Positions 9,332 to 18,155 of a DNA stretch of 64,000 bases are shown here, in pieces. Source of the DNA: an uncultured Chloroflexia bacterium (GTDB lineage: Bacteria; Chloroflexota; Dehalococcoidia; UBA2979); NCBI GenBank assembly GCA_963728205.1, contig CAVSIV010000001.1:416001-480000 (forward strand). Direction: 5' to 3'. The notes beneath the pieces are model-generated. The model did not search any database and was not told where the DNA came from. It was given only the letters and a program-made list of their open reading frames with translations. The position numbers and the translations under genes were made by a program. How positions within the stretch are numbered: position 1 is the first letter of the stretch; each line of letters opens with the position of its first letter.

Positions 9332-9805
9332 ATGAACCGCAGCAGACTCCTCACCGCGACCGCAGCCATCGGGATCTTCGTCGGCGCCCTCGGGGTCGGG
9401 GCCACCACGGGCGCGTTCGCCGCGTCGAGCGGCCCCACCGACACGACCGGCGCCCCCATCGCTCAGGCGACGGCCACCGCGACCGCCGTGCCCGGCGCGT
9501 ACCCGTTCCGCAACGCGGACGGCACGCTCGACGTCGACGCCATGCGCGCCTACGTGGACTCCATCCACGGGACCGGCTGGTTCGACCAGATGTGGGCGCG
9601 GATGACCGCGAACGGCGTCGACCCGGCGACCGGGTTCGGTCCCGGCTCCGGGATCTGCCCGCTCGGCTACCCGGCCGGCACGGGCCCGGGCGCCGGCGTC
9701 GCGCCGCAGGACGGCACCGGCTACCAGTACGGGCCGGGCGCCGGCTTCCGCGGCGGCATGGGCGGCATGATGGGCGGCCGCTTCGGGGCCGGCGACGCGC
9801 AGTAG
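9332..9805 (+). CDS. Exported Gly/Met-rich hypothetical protein
   Basis: AAGGAG RBS, signal peptide, C-terminal GGMGGMMGG; first gene ahead of a two-component system. Confidence 0.8.
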   Translation: MNRSRLLTATAAIGIFVGALGVGATTGAFAASSGPTDTTGAPIAQATATATAVPGAYPFRNADGTLDVDAMRAYVDSIHGTGWFDQMWARMTANGVDPATGFGPGSGICPLGYPAGTGPGAGVAPQDGTGYQYGPGAGFRGGMGGMMGGRFGAGDAQ

Positions 9806-9900
9806 GCGAATCGGCCGCTCGCGAGCGGCGATCCGTCGGGTGCGGGGAGGGACGTTCCGCCCTCCCCGCACCGGCGTTCCCCGCGGAAGATGAGGGCACC

Positions 9901-10686
9901 ATGGCGACCACGATCCTCGTCGTCGACGACGAGCCCCGGATCCTCGATGTCGTCCGTCGCTACCTCGAACGCGACGGCTTCGTCGTGCGCGTCGCCCGCG
10001 ACGGCCAGGAAGCGCTCGACGTCTTCCGCGCGTCGCGCCCCGCGCCCGCGCTCGTGGTGCTCGACCTCATGCTTCCGCGTGTCGACGGCTGGCACGTCTG
10101 CCGCGAGCTGCGTCGCGAGTCGAGCGTGCCGATCGTGATGCTCACCGCGCGCGCCGACGAGTCCGACACGTTGCTCGGTCTCGACCTCGGCGCCGACGAC
10201 TACATCACGAAGCCCTTCAGTCCGCGCGAGCTCGTCGCGCGCGTGCGCACCGTGCTGCGACGCGCCGGCGCGACGGCGGCGCCCGCCGCGGGGAGCGTCG
10301 CGGCCGCCGCCCCGCTCGTGGTCGGCTCGCTCGTCGTTGATGATGCGCGACACGAGGCGACGTGGGCCGGCGAGCGCCTGCCGCTTACGCCGGCGGAGTA
10401 CCGGCTGCTCGACGTGCTCGCCCGCGAGCGCGGCCGCGTCCTCAACCGCGGGCAGCTCGTCGACCTTGCGCTGGGCGAGGCCTTCGACGGCTACGACCGC
10501 ACGGTCGACGCACACATCAAGAACCTGCGACACAAGCTGCGCGATCACGGTGCCGGCGATCCGATCGAGACGGTGCGCGGATTCGGCTACCGATTCGCCG
10601 CGCCCGACGTCGGCCACGGCAGCGCGGCCGGCGCCGAGCCCGCGACCGCGCGCGCGGCGGAGGGCCTCGTCGATGACGTCGCCTGA
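9901..10686 (+). CDS. OmpR/PhoB-family response regulator
   Basis: VVDDE, LDLMLP, GADDYITKPFSPREL, RTVDAHIKNLR, ETVRGFGY. Confidence 0.96.
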   Translation: MATTILVVDDEPRILDVVRRYLERDGFVVRVARDGQEALDVFRASRPAPALVVLDLMLPRVDGWHVCRELRRESSVPIVMLTARADESDTLLGLDLGADDYITKPFSPRELVARVRTVLRRAGATAAPAAGSVAAAAPLVVGSLVVDDARHEATWAGERLPLTPAEYRLLDVLARERGRVLNRGQLVDLALGEAFDGYDRTVDAHIKNLRHKLRDHGAGDPIETVRGFGYRFAAPDVGHGSAAGAEPATARAAEGLVDDVA

Positions 10687-11866
10687 CGCCGGATCCGGCC
10701 GCGGTCCGCTCATCGGCGGGCTCGCCTGGCGGCTCGCCGTGGGGTTTGTCGTGGTCACCGTCGCCACGCTCGTGATCGTGCTGGTGGTGGTCGACCGCCT
10801 GACGACGTCGGCCTTCGGCAGCTACGTCGGTCACGCCGGCATGATGCGGGGGATGATGGGCGCCGGGTTCGGGTCGGGAGGCGCCGCCGCGCAGCTGCCC
10901 GACCCCGCCGAGTTCACGAATAGCGTGCACCGCTCGCTGTTGCTCGTCGGTGCCGGGGGCGTCGCGGTCGCGGCGGTCGTCGGCGTCGTGATCGCGCGGC
11001 GGCTGACGCGGCCGGTGCGCGCGATGGAGCGCGCCGCGCAGCGCATCGCCGCCGGCGACACGTCGGCGCGCGTGCCGCGCGACGGCGACGGCGAGCTGGG
11101 CGCGCTGGCCGACAGCTTCAACGCGATGGCGTCGTCGCTGGCCGCGGCCAGCGAGGCGCGCAAGCAGTTCCTGGCGTCGGTGGCGCACGAGCTGCGCACG
11201 CCGCTGGCGGTGCTGCAGGGCGAGATCGAGGCACTGCAGGACGGCGTGATCGACCCGGGCCCGGAGCCGCTCGAGGCGCTGGCCGGGGAGGTGCGGCTGC
11301 TCGGCCGCATCGTCGGCGACCTGCACGTGCTCGCGCTCGCCGACGCCGGGGAGCTGCGCGTGCAACCGGCGCCGGAGCCGCTCGTGCCGCTGCTCGAGGC
11401 GGCGGTGTCCGCGATGCGCGACGTCGCGGCGCCGGCCGGCGTCACGATCGCGCTCGACGTCGCAGCCGCGCCGCCCGCGGTGCGCGCCAATCACGCGCGC
11501 ATCGACCAGGTGCTGCGCAACCTGCTGGCGAACGCCGTGCGCCACACGCCGGCCGGCGGCACGGTGACCGTGCGCGCCGACCGTGCGCCGGACGGCGCCG
11601 CGCGCATCGCGGTCGAGGACACCGGCCCCGGCATCGCGGCAGACGACCTGCCGCATGTGTTCGATCGCTTCTATCGCGCGGCCTCGAGCGCCGCGCGCGG
11701 CGGCTCCGGCCTGGGCCTCGCGATCGTGCGCGAGCTGGTCGCCGCGCACGGCGGCGACGTGCGCGCCGAGAACCGCGACGGCGCCGGCGCGCGGTTCACG
11801 TTCACGTTGCCGGTCGCGGTCGTCCCGGCGCCCGTCCCCGCGCTCGTGGGCGGGCGGCAGATATGA
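10673..11866 (+). CDS. BaeS-like sensor histidine kinase (2 TM, HAMP, HisKA, HATPase)
   Basis: AHELRTPL, NLLANAVRHT, DTGPG, FDRFYR, GSGLGLAI; short Met-rich extracytoplasmic loop. Confidence 0.95.
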   Translation: MTSPDAGSGRGPLIGGLAWRLAVGFVVVTVATLVIVLVVVDRLTTSAFGSYVGHAGMMRGMMGAGFGSGGAAAQLPDPAEFTNSVHRSLLLVGAGGVAVAAVVGVVIARRLTRPVRAMERAAQRIAAGDTSARVPRDGDGELGALADSFNAMASSLAAASEARKQFLASVAHELRTPLAVLQGEIEALQDGVIDPGPEPLEALAGEVRLLGRIVGDLHVLALADAGELRVQPAPEPLVPLLEAAVSAMRDVAAPAGVTIALDVAAAPPAVRANHARIDQVLRNLLANAVRHTPAGGTVTVRADRAPDGAARIAVEDTGPGIAADDLPHVFDRFYRAASSAARGGSGLGLAIVRELVAAHGGDVRAENRDGAGARFTFTLPVAVVPAPVPALVGGRQI

Positions 11867-11875
11867 GTCCGGCGT

Positions 11876-11977
11876 AAGCGGCGGCAGACACGCCGCCGAT
11901 ATCGGGGCCGGCGGACGCCGACGCCGGGTCGGGGGCGACACGCCCCCGAGACATCGGCGGCGTGTCTGCCGCCGCTT
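11876..11977. repeat. REP-like inverted doublet (perfect 25-bp arms) between convergent genes
   Basis: AAGCGGCGGCAGACACGCCGCCGAT at 11876-11900 and its exact reverse complement at 11953-11977; related copies at 51266 and 58640. Confidence 0.88.
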
Positions 11978-12006
11978 GCCGCGATCGGCGCCGCGCCCCG
12001 TGGCGC

Positions 12007-13518
12007 TCAGTCCGCGCCTTCGCGCGAGAGCTCCCCGTCCGCGATCTGCGCCGTAATCGTCGTGCCGCCGGCGCCCGACGCCACGGCGAACCGCCCCCCA
12101 ATCAGCTCCGCACGCTCTTGCATGCCCACGAGCCCGAAGTGGCCCTCGCGCGCGAGCGACGTCACGTCCTCGGGGACGGCGAACCCGACGCCGTCGTCGC
12201 TCACCGAGAGCGTGAGGCGCGACGGCTCGAACGCCAGCCGCACGCGCGCCGACCGCGCGCCCGCGTGCTTCTCCACGTTGCGCAGCGCCTCCTGCGCGAT
12301 GCGGAAGAGGGCGAGCTCCTGCGGCCCGCTCAGCCGCCGCGGCGCGCCGGTGACCACGAGCTCCGCGCCCCCCGCCAGCTGGCGCGCGGCGTCGTCGACC
12401 ACCAGCTCGATGGCCGCGCGGACGCCGAGGTCGTCGAGCACCGGCGGCCGCAGGTTGTGGCTGTAGCGGCGCACGCCCTGCAGGATCGTGCGCCCGAGAT
12501 CCGCCGCGTCCGCGAGCGGCGCGGCGACATCCGGCGCGGAGTCCTCCTCCAGCCGCTCGAGCCGCCGCACCAGGTTCACGAGTTCCTGCGCTGTGTCGTC
12601 GTGCAGCTCGCGCGCGAGGCGCTTTCGCTCGTCCTCGTGCGCCTCCGTCACCCGCCGCGCGTAGAGCTGCAGGCTCTCCTGGCGCTGCCGCCGCAGCACC
12701 GCGTTCTCGATCGACACCTGCAGCGCGTGCGCCGCCGCGCTCAGCACGTGCTGCTGCTCCGCGCCGACCGCCGCGCCCCGAGTTCGCGCGGTGAGCGTGC
12801 CGAGCCGGCCGGTCTTGCCGGCGAGCACGATCGCGATCGTCTCGCCCGGCGGCTCCGCCGCGACCGTCGCCGCGGGGTGGGCCGCGAAGCTCGCCTGCCC
12901 GCCGCCCGCGATCCCCGGCGCCAGCGCGAGCGTCAGCGACCGGAGGTCGAGCCCGGCGACGAGCCGGTCGAGGACCGCCGGGATCTGCGCCTCGATCTCC
13001 AGCCCCTCGGCCAGCGTCTCCGCCACGTCGTTGAGCAGCGCCAGGCTCGCGCTCGTCTGCTCGGCGCGCCGGCGCTGCGTCGTCTCGCGGTCGACGCGCC
13101 ACGCGACCACCACGCCGATCGGCAGGATGATGCCGAGGTGCGCGATCTCGATCACCCAGTGCGCGTGCTGCTCGTGCCACACCCACAGCGCCGGCAGCGC
13201 CAGCAGCGCTGACCAGATCGCCGTGAGCACCGCTCCCTCGGACCCGAAGTTCAGCGCCGCGTACACCAGCGGCACGATCAGCGCCGTGAGCGCGATGGCG
13301 TGCAGCGGTCCCGCAGGGTCCGTGTCGCCGAGCATCTCGATCGCGTAGTGCGCGCTCGTCGCACCGATCACCATCGCCTGGATCACCCAGAAGCGACGGT
13401 CGCGCATGTGCACGAGCAGGTGGCGCAACATCCGCCGCGCGGCGCGCCACGCGCGCCCCGCACCCGCCTCTGCCACGGCGCCGGCCTCGTCGCCCGGGAC
13501 GCTCGCGCTAGACCGCAT
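12007..13518 (-). CDS. Membrane sensor histidine kinase (HisKA_3), paralog of 4193..5785
   Basis: ERKRLARELHD, QEALRNVEKHA, DDGVGF, FGLVGMQERA; TM motif P.VYAAL.FG.EGA shared with the paralog. Confidence 0.93.
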   Translation of the reverse strand: MRSSASVPGDEAGAVAEAGAGRAWRAARRMLRHLLVHMRDRRFWVIQAMVIGATSAHYAIEMLGDTDPAGPLHAIALTALIVPLVYAALNFGSEGAVLTAIWSALLALPALWVWHEQHAHWVIEIAHLGIILPIGVVVAWRVDRETTQRRRAEQTSASLALLNDVAETLAEGLEIEAQIPAVLDRLVAGLDLRSLTLALAPGIAGGGQASFAAHPAATVAAEPPGETIAIVLAGKTGRLGTLTARTRGAAVGAEQQHVLSAAAHALQVSIENAVLRRQRQESLQLYARRVTEAHEDERKRLARELHDDTAQELVNLVRRLERLEEDSAPDVAAPLADAADLGRTILQGVRRYSHNLRPPVLDDLGVRAAIELVVDDAARQLAGGAELVVTGAPRRLSGPQELALFRIAQEALRNVEKHAGARSARVRLAFEPSRLTLSVSDDGVGFAVPEDVTSLAREGHFGLVGMQERAELIGGRFAVASGAGGTTITAQIADGELSREGAD

Positions 13519-14179
13519 CGAGATCCTCGAGGCGGAAGAGCCCGCGCTTGAGGCCGACGATGACGGCCTCCGTGCGCGATCCGACCCCGAGCTTCTCGAA
13601 GATGTGCGTCAGGTCGGCCTGCACCGTGCGCAGGCTGACGGACTCGTGGCTCGCGATGGCCTGGTTGCTCAGCCCGCAGGCCGCGAGGCGCAGCACCTCG
13701 CGCTCACGCTCGGTGAGGTCCTGGCCCGTCGTACCCGCCTCCGACCCGCCGGCCTGCGCCGCGAAGTGGGCCATCACCTTGCGCGCGATCGCGGGATGCA
13801 GGATCGGCTCGCCCGCGTGCACCAGCCGCACCGCGCGCACCACCTCCGCGGACGGGATGTCCTTCAGCAGGTAGCCGGCGGCGCCGGCCGACAGTAGCGC
13901 GAACACGTACTGGTCGTAGTCATACTGCGTCAGGATCAGGATCGCGGTCCCCGGCCTCAGCGCCTTGATGCGCTCCGTCGCCTCGATGCCGTTCATGTCC
14001 GGCATCGAGACGTCGAGAATGGCCACATCCGGCTTCAGCTCCTCGACCAGCCGCACCGCCTCGGCCCCGTCCGCCGCCTCGCCGACGACCTCGATGTCCG
14101 GCTCGCGGTCGAGCAGCTCGCGCGTGCCCTCACGGACCACGGGGTGATCGTCCGCCACGATCACGCGAATTGCCGTCAT
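13508..14179 (-). CDS. NarL/LuxR-family response regulator, paralog of 3477..4196
   Basis: MTAIRVIVADDH, LDVSMP, GYLLKD, LTEREREVL, SRTEAV. Confidence 0.95.
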   Translation of the reverse strand: MTAIRVIVADDHPVVREGTRELLDREPDIEVVGEAADGAEAVRLVEELKPDVAILDVSMPDMNGIEATERIKALRPGTAILILTQYDYDQYVFALLSAGAAGYLLKDIPSAEVVRAVRLVHAGEPILHPAIARKVMAHFAAQAGGSEAGTTGQDLTEREREVLRLAACGLSNQAIASHESVSLRTVQADLTHIFEKLGVGSRTEAVIVGLKRGLFRLEDLDAV

Positions 14180-14543
14180 GGTGTATGGCCTCCTGCGAGG
14201 CAAAGCGTACAGCGCGCCGACGCGGTGAGCCTGCGCGAATCGCGTACGCCCATCTGCGGGTCTGCGCGCTCTCACCCCGCCGTCACCGGCGCCCGTTCGT
14301 GCCGCCGCACCGCCGCGCAGGCGTTCCGGGTGCGATCCGGGTCGCGCGCGCGCGCAGCCGGCCCCTGCGCGAAACCGCACGGAATCGTCTCCTTCGTCGG
14401 ACCGTTGTTCGTCCGTTCGGCTCTGAGCGGCCACTCGCCCGCGCGCGACGCTTCCCCATGACGACACGAGATGAGCAGGGGGAGGCGAGCGAGATGTCCA
14501 TCCACCCGGCCGGACGCGACCGAGCCCCGGGAAGAGGCGCGCC

Positions 14544-15431
14544 GTGAACGTCGACCTGCCTCGCCGCGCGTTCCTGCGCCTCGCCGCCGCCGGCGGCGCG
14601 GCCGCTGCGGCCGCGCGCATCATCCCGCTGACCGGCGCGGGGACGACCGCCGAGGCCGCCGGCGCCGCCGCCACCGACACGGCCCGACTGCGCCGCTGGG
14701 CGATGATCATCGACCTGCGGGCGTGCGACGGCTGCCAGTCCGTGAACAAGCCGCCGCAGTGCACCGAGGCCTGCATCCAGGGCCACTACGTCCCCGAGCC
14801 GATGGAATGGATCCAGGTCTACGAGAGCGACCTCCCCGGCGGCGGCACGCAGTTCCTCCCCGCGCCCTGCCAGCAGTGCCAGAACGCCCCCTGCGTCGAC
14901 GTCTGCCCGGTGGGCGCGACGTTCCACACGCCGGAGGGCGTCGTCCTGATCGACCAGGAGCGCTGCATCGGCTGCCGCTTCTGCATGGCGGCCTGCCCCT
15001 ACGACCGTCGCTTCTTCAACTGGGGCCAGCCCTCGCAGCCGGCCGCCGCCAGCGACGTCCACTACGACATCGAGCACCAGACCCCGGCCAAGCAGGGCAC
15101 GGTCATGAAGTGCGACTTCTGCCCGGACATGGCCCGGGCCGGGCGCGCGCCCTACTGCGCCCAGGCCTGCCCGAACCACGCCATCTACTACGGCGACCTC
15201 GAGGAAGACGTCGCGTCGAACGGCGACCAGGTCGTCCGCTTCAGCCGCTTCGTCGCCGAGAACGCGGGCTACGCGTTCAAGGAGGAACTCGGGACGAAGC
15301 CGCGCGTCTACTACATCCCCGGTCACGGCGAGGCCGTCGGGCGCGACGCATTCACGCCCGGCCGGCTGCCCACCGACTGGCCCTGGCAGGACACGACGCT
15401 GAGGAAGGGGGCGGACACGTGGACGCGATGA
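14544..15431 (+). CDS. Tat-exported four-cluster [4Fe-4S] protein (NrfC/DmsB type)
   Basis: PRRAFL Tat motif; CDGC...CTEAC, CQQCQNAPCVDVCP, CIGCRFCMAACP, CDFC...CAQACP; GTKPRVYY. Confidence 0.93.
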   Translation: MNVDLPRRAFLRLAAAGGAAAAAARIIPLTGAGTTAEAAGAAATDTARLRRWAMIIDLRACDGCQSVNKPPQCTEACIQGHYVPEPMEWIQVYESDLPGGGTQFLPAPCQQCQNAPCVDVCPVGATFHTPEGVVLIDQERCIGCRFCMAACPYDRRFFNWGQPSQPAAASDVHYDIEHQTPAKQGTVMKCDFCPDMARAGRAPYCAQACPNHAIYYGDLEEDVASNGDQVVRFSRFVAENAGYAFKEELGTKPRVYYIPGHGEAVGRDAFTPGRLPTDWPWQDTTLRKGADTWTR

Positions 15432-16951
15432 GCTTCGGTCGTTCGGTCGAGCCCGCCGCCACCACGGCCCCGCCGGCGGCGACGGCAGCGACGGCCGCCG
15501 CGGGGACGCCGGACGAGGACGTCGACGTGTGGCGCGAGCGCCTCGAGGGGCGCGTCCTCGCGCCGCTGCGGCACACCAGCCGCGCCTACAGGATCTGGAT
15601 GGGCAGCCTCCTGGTCGTCCTCGCGTGGGCCTTCTTCGCATGGACCTACCAGGTGCGGCACGGCCTCATCGTCACGGGGATGCGCGACCGCATCTCCTGG
15701 AGCATGTACATCCTCACGTTCGTCTTCGTGATCGGCATCAGCCACGCGGGGACGCTGCTCTCGGCCATCCTGCGTGTCACGAAGGCGCGCTGGCAGCTCT
15801 CGATCACGCGCATGGCGGAGTTCATCACCGTCGTTGCGCTGATGGTCGGCGCGCTGTTCCCGCTCATCGATCTCGGGCGGCCCGACCGCGTGCTCAAGCT
15901 GCTGATCTACGGCCGCTGGCAGTCGCCGCTGCTGTGGGACCTGATGGCCGTGACCACCTACCTCGCCGGCAGCACCATCTACCTGATCCTGCCGCTGATC
16001 CCGGACTTCGCCCTCGCACGCGATCGGCTCACGCCCGACGCGCCGCGCTGGCGCCGCGCGTTCTTCACGGTCGCGTCGCTGGGCTGGACGGGCACCGAGC
16101 GGCAGCGCAGGGCGCTCGACCGCGCGATGACCGTGATGATGATCGCGATCATCCCGGTCGCGGTCTCGGTGCACACCGTCATCTCCTGGATCTTCTCGAT
16201 GACGCTGCGCACGCCGTTCAACAGCACGGTGTTCGGCGCGTACTTCGTCGCCGGCGCCATCTACTCCGGTGTCGCCGCGATCATCCTGCTGATGGCGGTG
16301 CTGCGGCGCCTGCTGCACCTCGAGGAATACATCACGAAGACCCAGTTCCTGGGTCTCGGATACCTCCTCGCCGGCATGGCGCTGATCATGCTGTATTTCA
16401 ACCTCTCCGAATACGTCACCACCGGCTACAAGATGGAAGCCGGCGTTCCCTTCCACTTCCAGGACCTGATGTCCGGCTACCTGGCGCCGATGTTCTGGTT
16501 CTACATCATCGGCGGCATCCTCGTGCCGCCGCTGCTGATCGCCATCCCGTGGACGCGCAACATCAAGGGCATCATCGTCGCTGCCGCGCTCGTGCTCGTC
16601 GCGATGTGGCTCGAGCGCTACCTGATCGTGATCGGCGGCTTCCGCGTGCCGCTGATGCCGTACGACCCGCGGCCCTACGCCCCGTCGTGGATCGAGTGGT
16701 CGATCTTCGGCGGAGCCGGCGCGCTCTTCATGTTCATCATCTCGGCCCTCGCCAAGGTCTTCCCGATGGTCTCCGTCTGGGAGGTCGTCGAGCACCGCGG
16801 ACCCGAGTCCGCGTGGGACCGGGCGCACCGCGACCTCGTCCCGGCGTCTCGCCGTGCCGAGCCGGTCGCGCGTCGCCGCGGCGCCGCTCCCGTGCCGGCG
16901 CCGGCGTTCGAGTTCGACGCGCGCAGCGCGGAGGAAGGAGTGGAGTCGTGA
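15428..16951 (+). CDS. NrfD/PsrC-family membrane protein, ActC-like
   Basis: GISHAGTLLSAILR, ITRMAE, DLGRP, SPLLWD, IPDFALARD, SVHTV, YFVAGAIYSG, MWLERY; ATGA overlap with the Fe-S gene. Confidence 0.93.
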   Translation: MSFGRSVEPAATTAPPAATAATAAAGTPDEDVDVWRERLEGRVLAPLRHTSRAYRIWMGSLLVVLAWAFFAWTYQVRHGLIVTGMRDRISWSMYILTFVFVIGISHAGTLLSAILRVTKARWQLSITRMAEFITVVALMVGALFPLIDLGRPDRVLKLLIYGRWQSPLLWDLMAVTTYLAGSTIYLILPLIPDFALARDRLTPDAPRWRRAFFTVASLGWTGTERQRRALDRAMTVMMIAIIPVAVSVHTVISWIFSMTLRTPFNSTVFGAYFVAGAIYSGVAAIILLMAVLRRLLHLEEYITKTQFLGLGYLLAGMALIMLYFNLSEYVTTGYKMEAGVPFHFQDLMSGYLAPMFWFYIIGGILVPPLLIAIPWTRNIKGIIVAAALVLVAMWLERYLIVIGGFRVPLMPYDPRPYAPSWIEWSIFGGAGALFMFIISALAKVFPMVSVWEVVEHRGPESAWDRAHRDLVPASRRAEPVARRRGAAPVPAPAFEFDARSAEEGVES

Positions 16952-17652
16952 ACCCCTCTCGCATCGCGGCGGCCGTCGCCGGCCCGCGTCGATCCAGCGT
17001 GCTCCTCGCGCTCGCCGCGGCGGCGGCGCTGGTCCTGGCGATCGCGCTCCCGGGCGCGGCCGCGGCGCAGGCCGCGGGCCAGCCCACCGCGATCGCCGTG
17101 GCGGCGCCGCGCAGCGTCCAGCTGGGGCAGGTCGTGACCGTGAAGGCGAAGCTCGTCGATGGCGGCGGGCAGGCGTTCCCGCACGCACGGGTCGACTTCA
17201 CGAGCCCCGAGACCTTCCTCAACACCACCGCCGACATGGTCGTCACGTCCGCGGTGACCGACGCCGACGGCGTCGCCACCGCGACCTTTCAGGCGCGGCG
17301 CTCCGGCGCGCTGACCGTGAAGGCGGTCTTCCGCGGCGACGCCACCTACGCGGGCTCCGAGGCGAGCACGCAACTGACCGTCACCGGCTCCGCGCAGCTC
17401 TACCAGCAGGAGGTGCTGCCGACGGTGCCCGGCCTGAACGCCTCGCCGATCGGCGAGTTCGCAACCGCCGGCGGGACGCGCTGGCTGCTGACCGGCTGGC
17501 CGATCGCGGCCGTGCTGCTCCTGGTGTGGTCGAGCTACGCGACCGCCGTGTTCTTCATGTCGCGCATCGCGGCCGCGGCGGACGCCGGTCCGGAGATCGC
17601 CGCCGCGGTCGCCGGGGCGGGCGGCGCCGGGAACGCTGGAGGTGAGCGATGA
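16948..17652 (+). CDS. Exported Ig-like protein with C-terminal membrane anchor, paralog of 271..924
   Basis: GTGA overlap; signal peptide; VKAKLVDGGG, TDADGVAT, VFRGDATY motifs typical of Big-type domains; C-terminal TM helix. Confidence 0.8.
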   Translation: MNPSRIAAAVAGPRRSSVLLALAAAAALVLAIALPGAAAAQAAGQPTAIAVAAPRSVQLGQVVTVKAKLVDGGGQAFPHARVDFTSPETFLNTTADMVVTSAVTDADGVATATFQARRSGALTVKAVFRGDATYAGSEASTQLTVTGSAQLYQQEVLPTVPGLNASPIGEFATAGGTRWLLTGWPIAAVLLLVWSSYATAVFFMSRIAAAADAGPEIAAAVAGAGGAGNAGGER

Positions 17653-18116
17653 GGCTCAATCGCTACTGGACGCTGCCGGCCGCCCTCGGGGCGATGGTGG
17701 TCGTGCTCGGGCTGACACTGCTCGTGATCGGCGCACGCAGCCCCTACACCCACGCGAACCGCGACGCCGGTCCCGACGCCGCCTACACGCGGACGCAGCA
17801 GACGCTCGTCGGCACCCCCGTGCCGTACGTGCCGCCCGGCCTGTCGAGCGCGGCGGCCGCGTCGTCCACGGACCAGGTCACGCTCGGCGGACGGCTCTTC
17901 GTCGCTGAGAACTGCGCCTCCTGCCACGGCATCACCGGCTCCGGCGGCACCTTCGCGCCGCCGATTCGTGGCTTCGACGTCACGGCGCTGCAGCAGAAGA
18001 CGCACGCCGGCCCGGGCGGCATGCCCGCCTTCGCCGGGCTGTCGGACGCACAGCTGCAGGCGATCGCGGCCTACCTGAAAGCGGGAACCAGTGCCCCGGC
18101 GGCGGCCGCCCGATAG
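17649..18116 (+). CDS. Membrane-anchored monoheme cytochrome c
   Basis: N-terminal TM helix, CASCH, distal MP.F, LSDAQLQAIAAYL. Confidence 0.92.
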   Translation: MRLNRYWTLPAALGAMVVVLGLTLLVIGARSPYTHANRDAGPDAAYTRTQQTLVGTPVPYVPPGLSSAAAASSTDQVTLGGRLFVAENCASCHGITGSGGTFAPPIRGFDVTALQQKTHAGPGGMPAFAGLSDAQLQAIAAYLKAGTSAPAAAAR

Positions 18117-18155
18117 CGGCGACACGCCAGTCCGGAGACAGCAAAGGAGATCCTG

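Noticed and set aside
6634-14379. Shared TGCGCGAA(A/G)CCGCA motif upstream of the V4R-like gene and the right Fe-S gene
   Set aside because: A GC-rich 14-mer match of this kind can arise by chance here; no independent support
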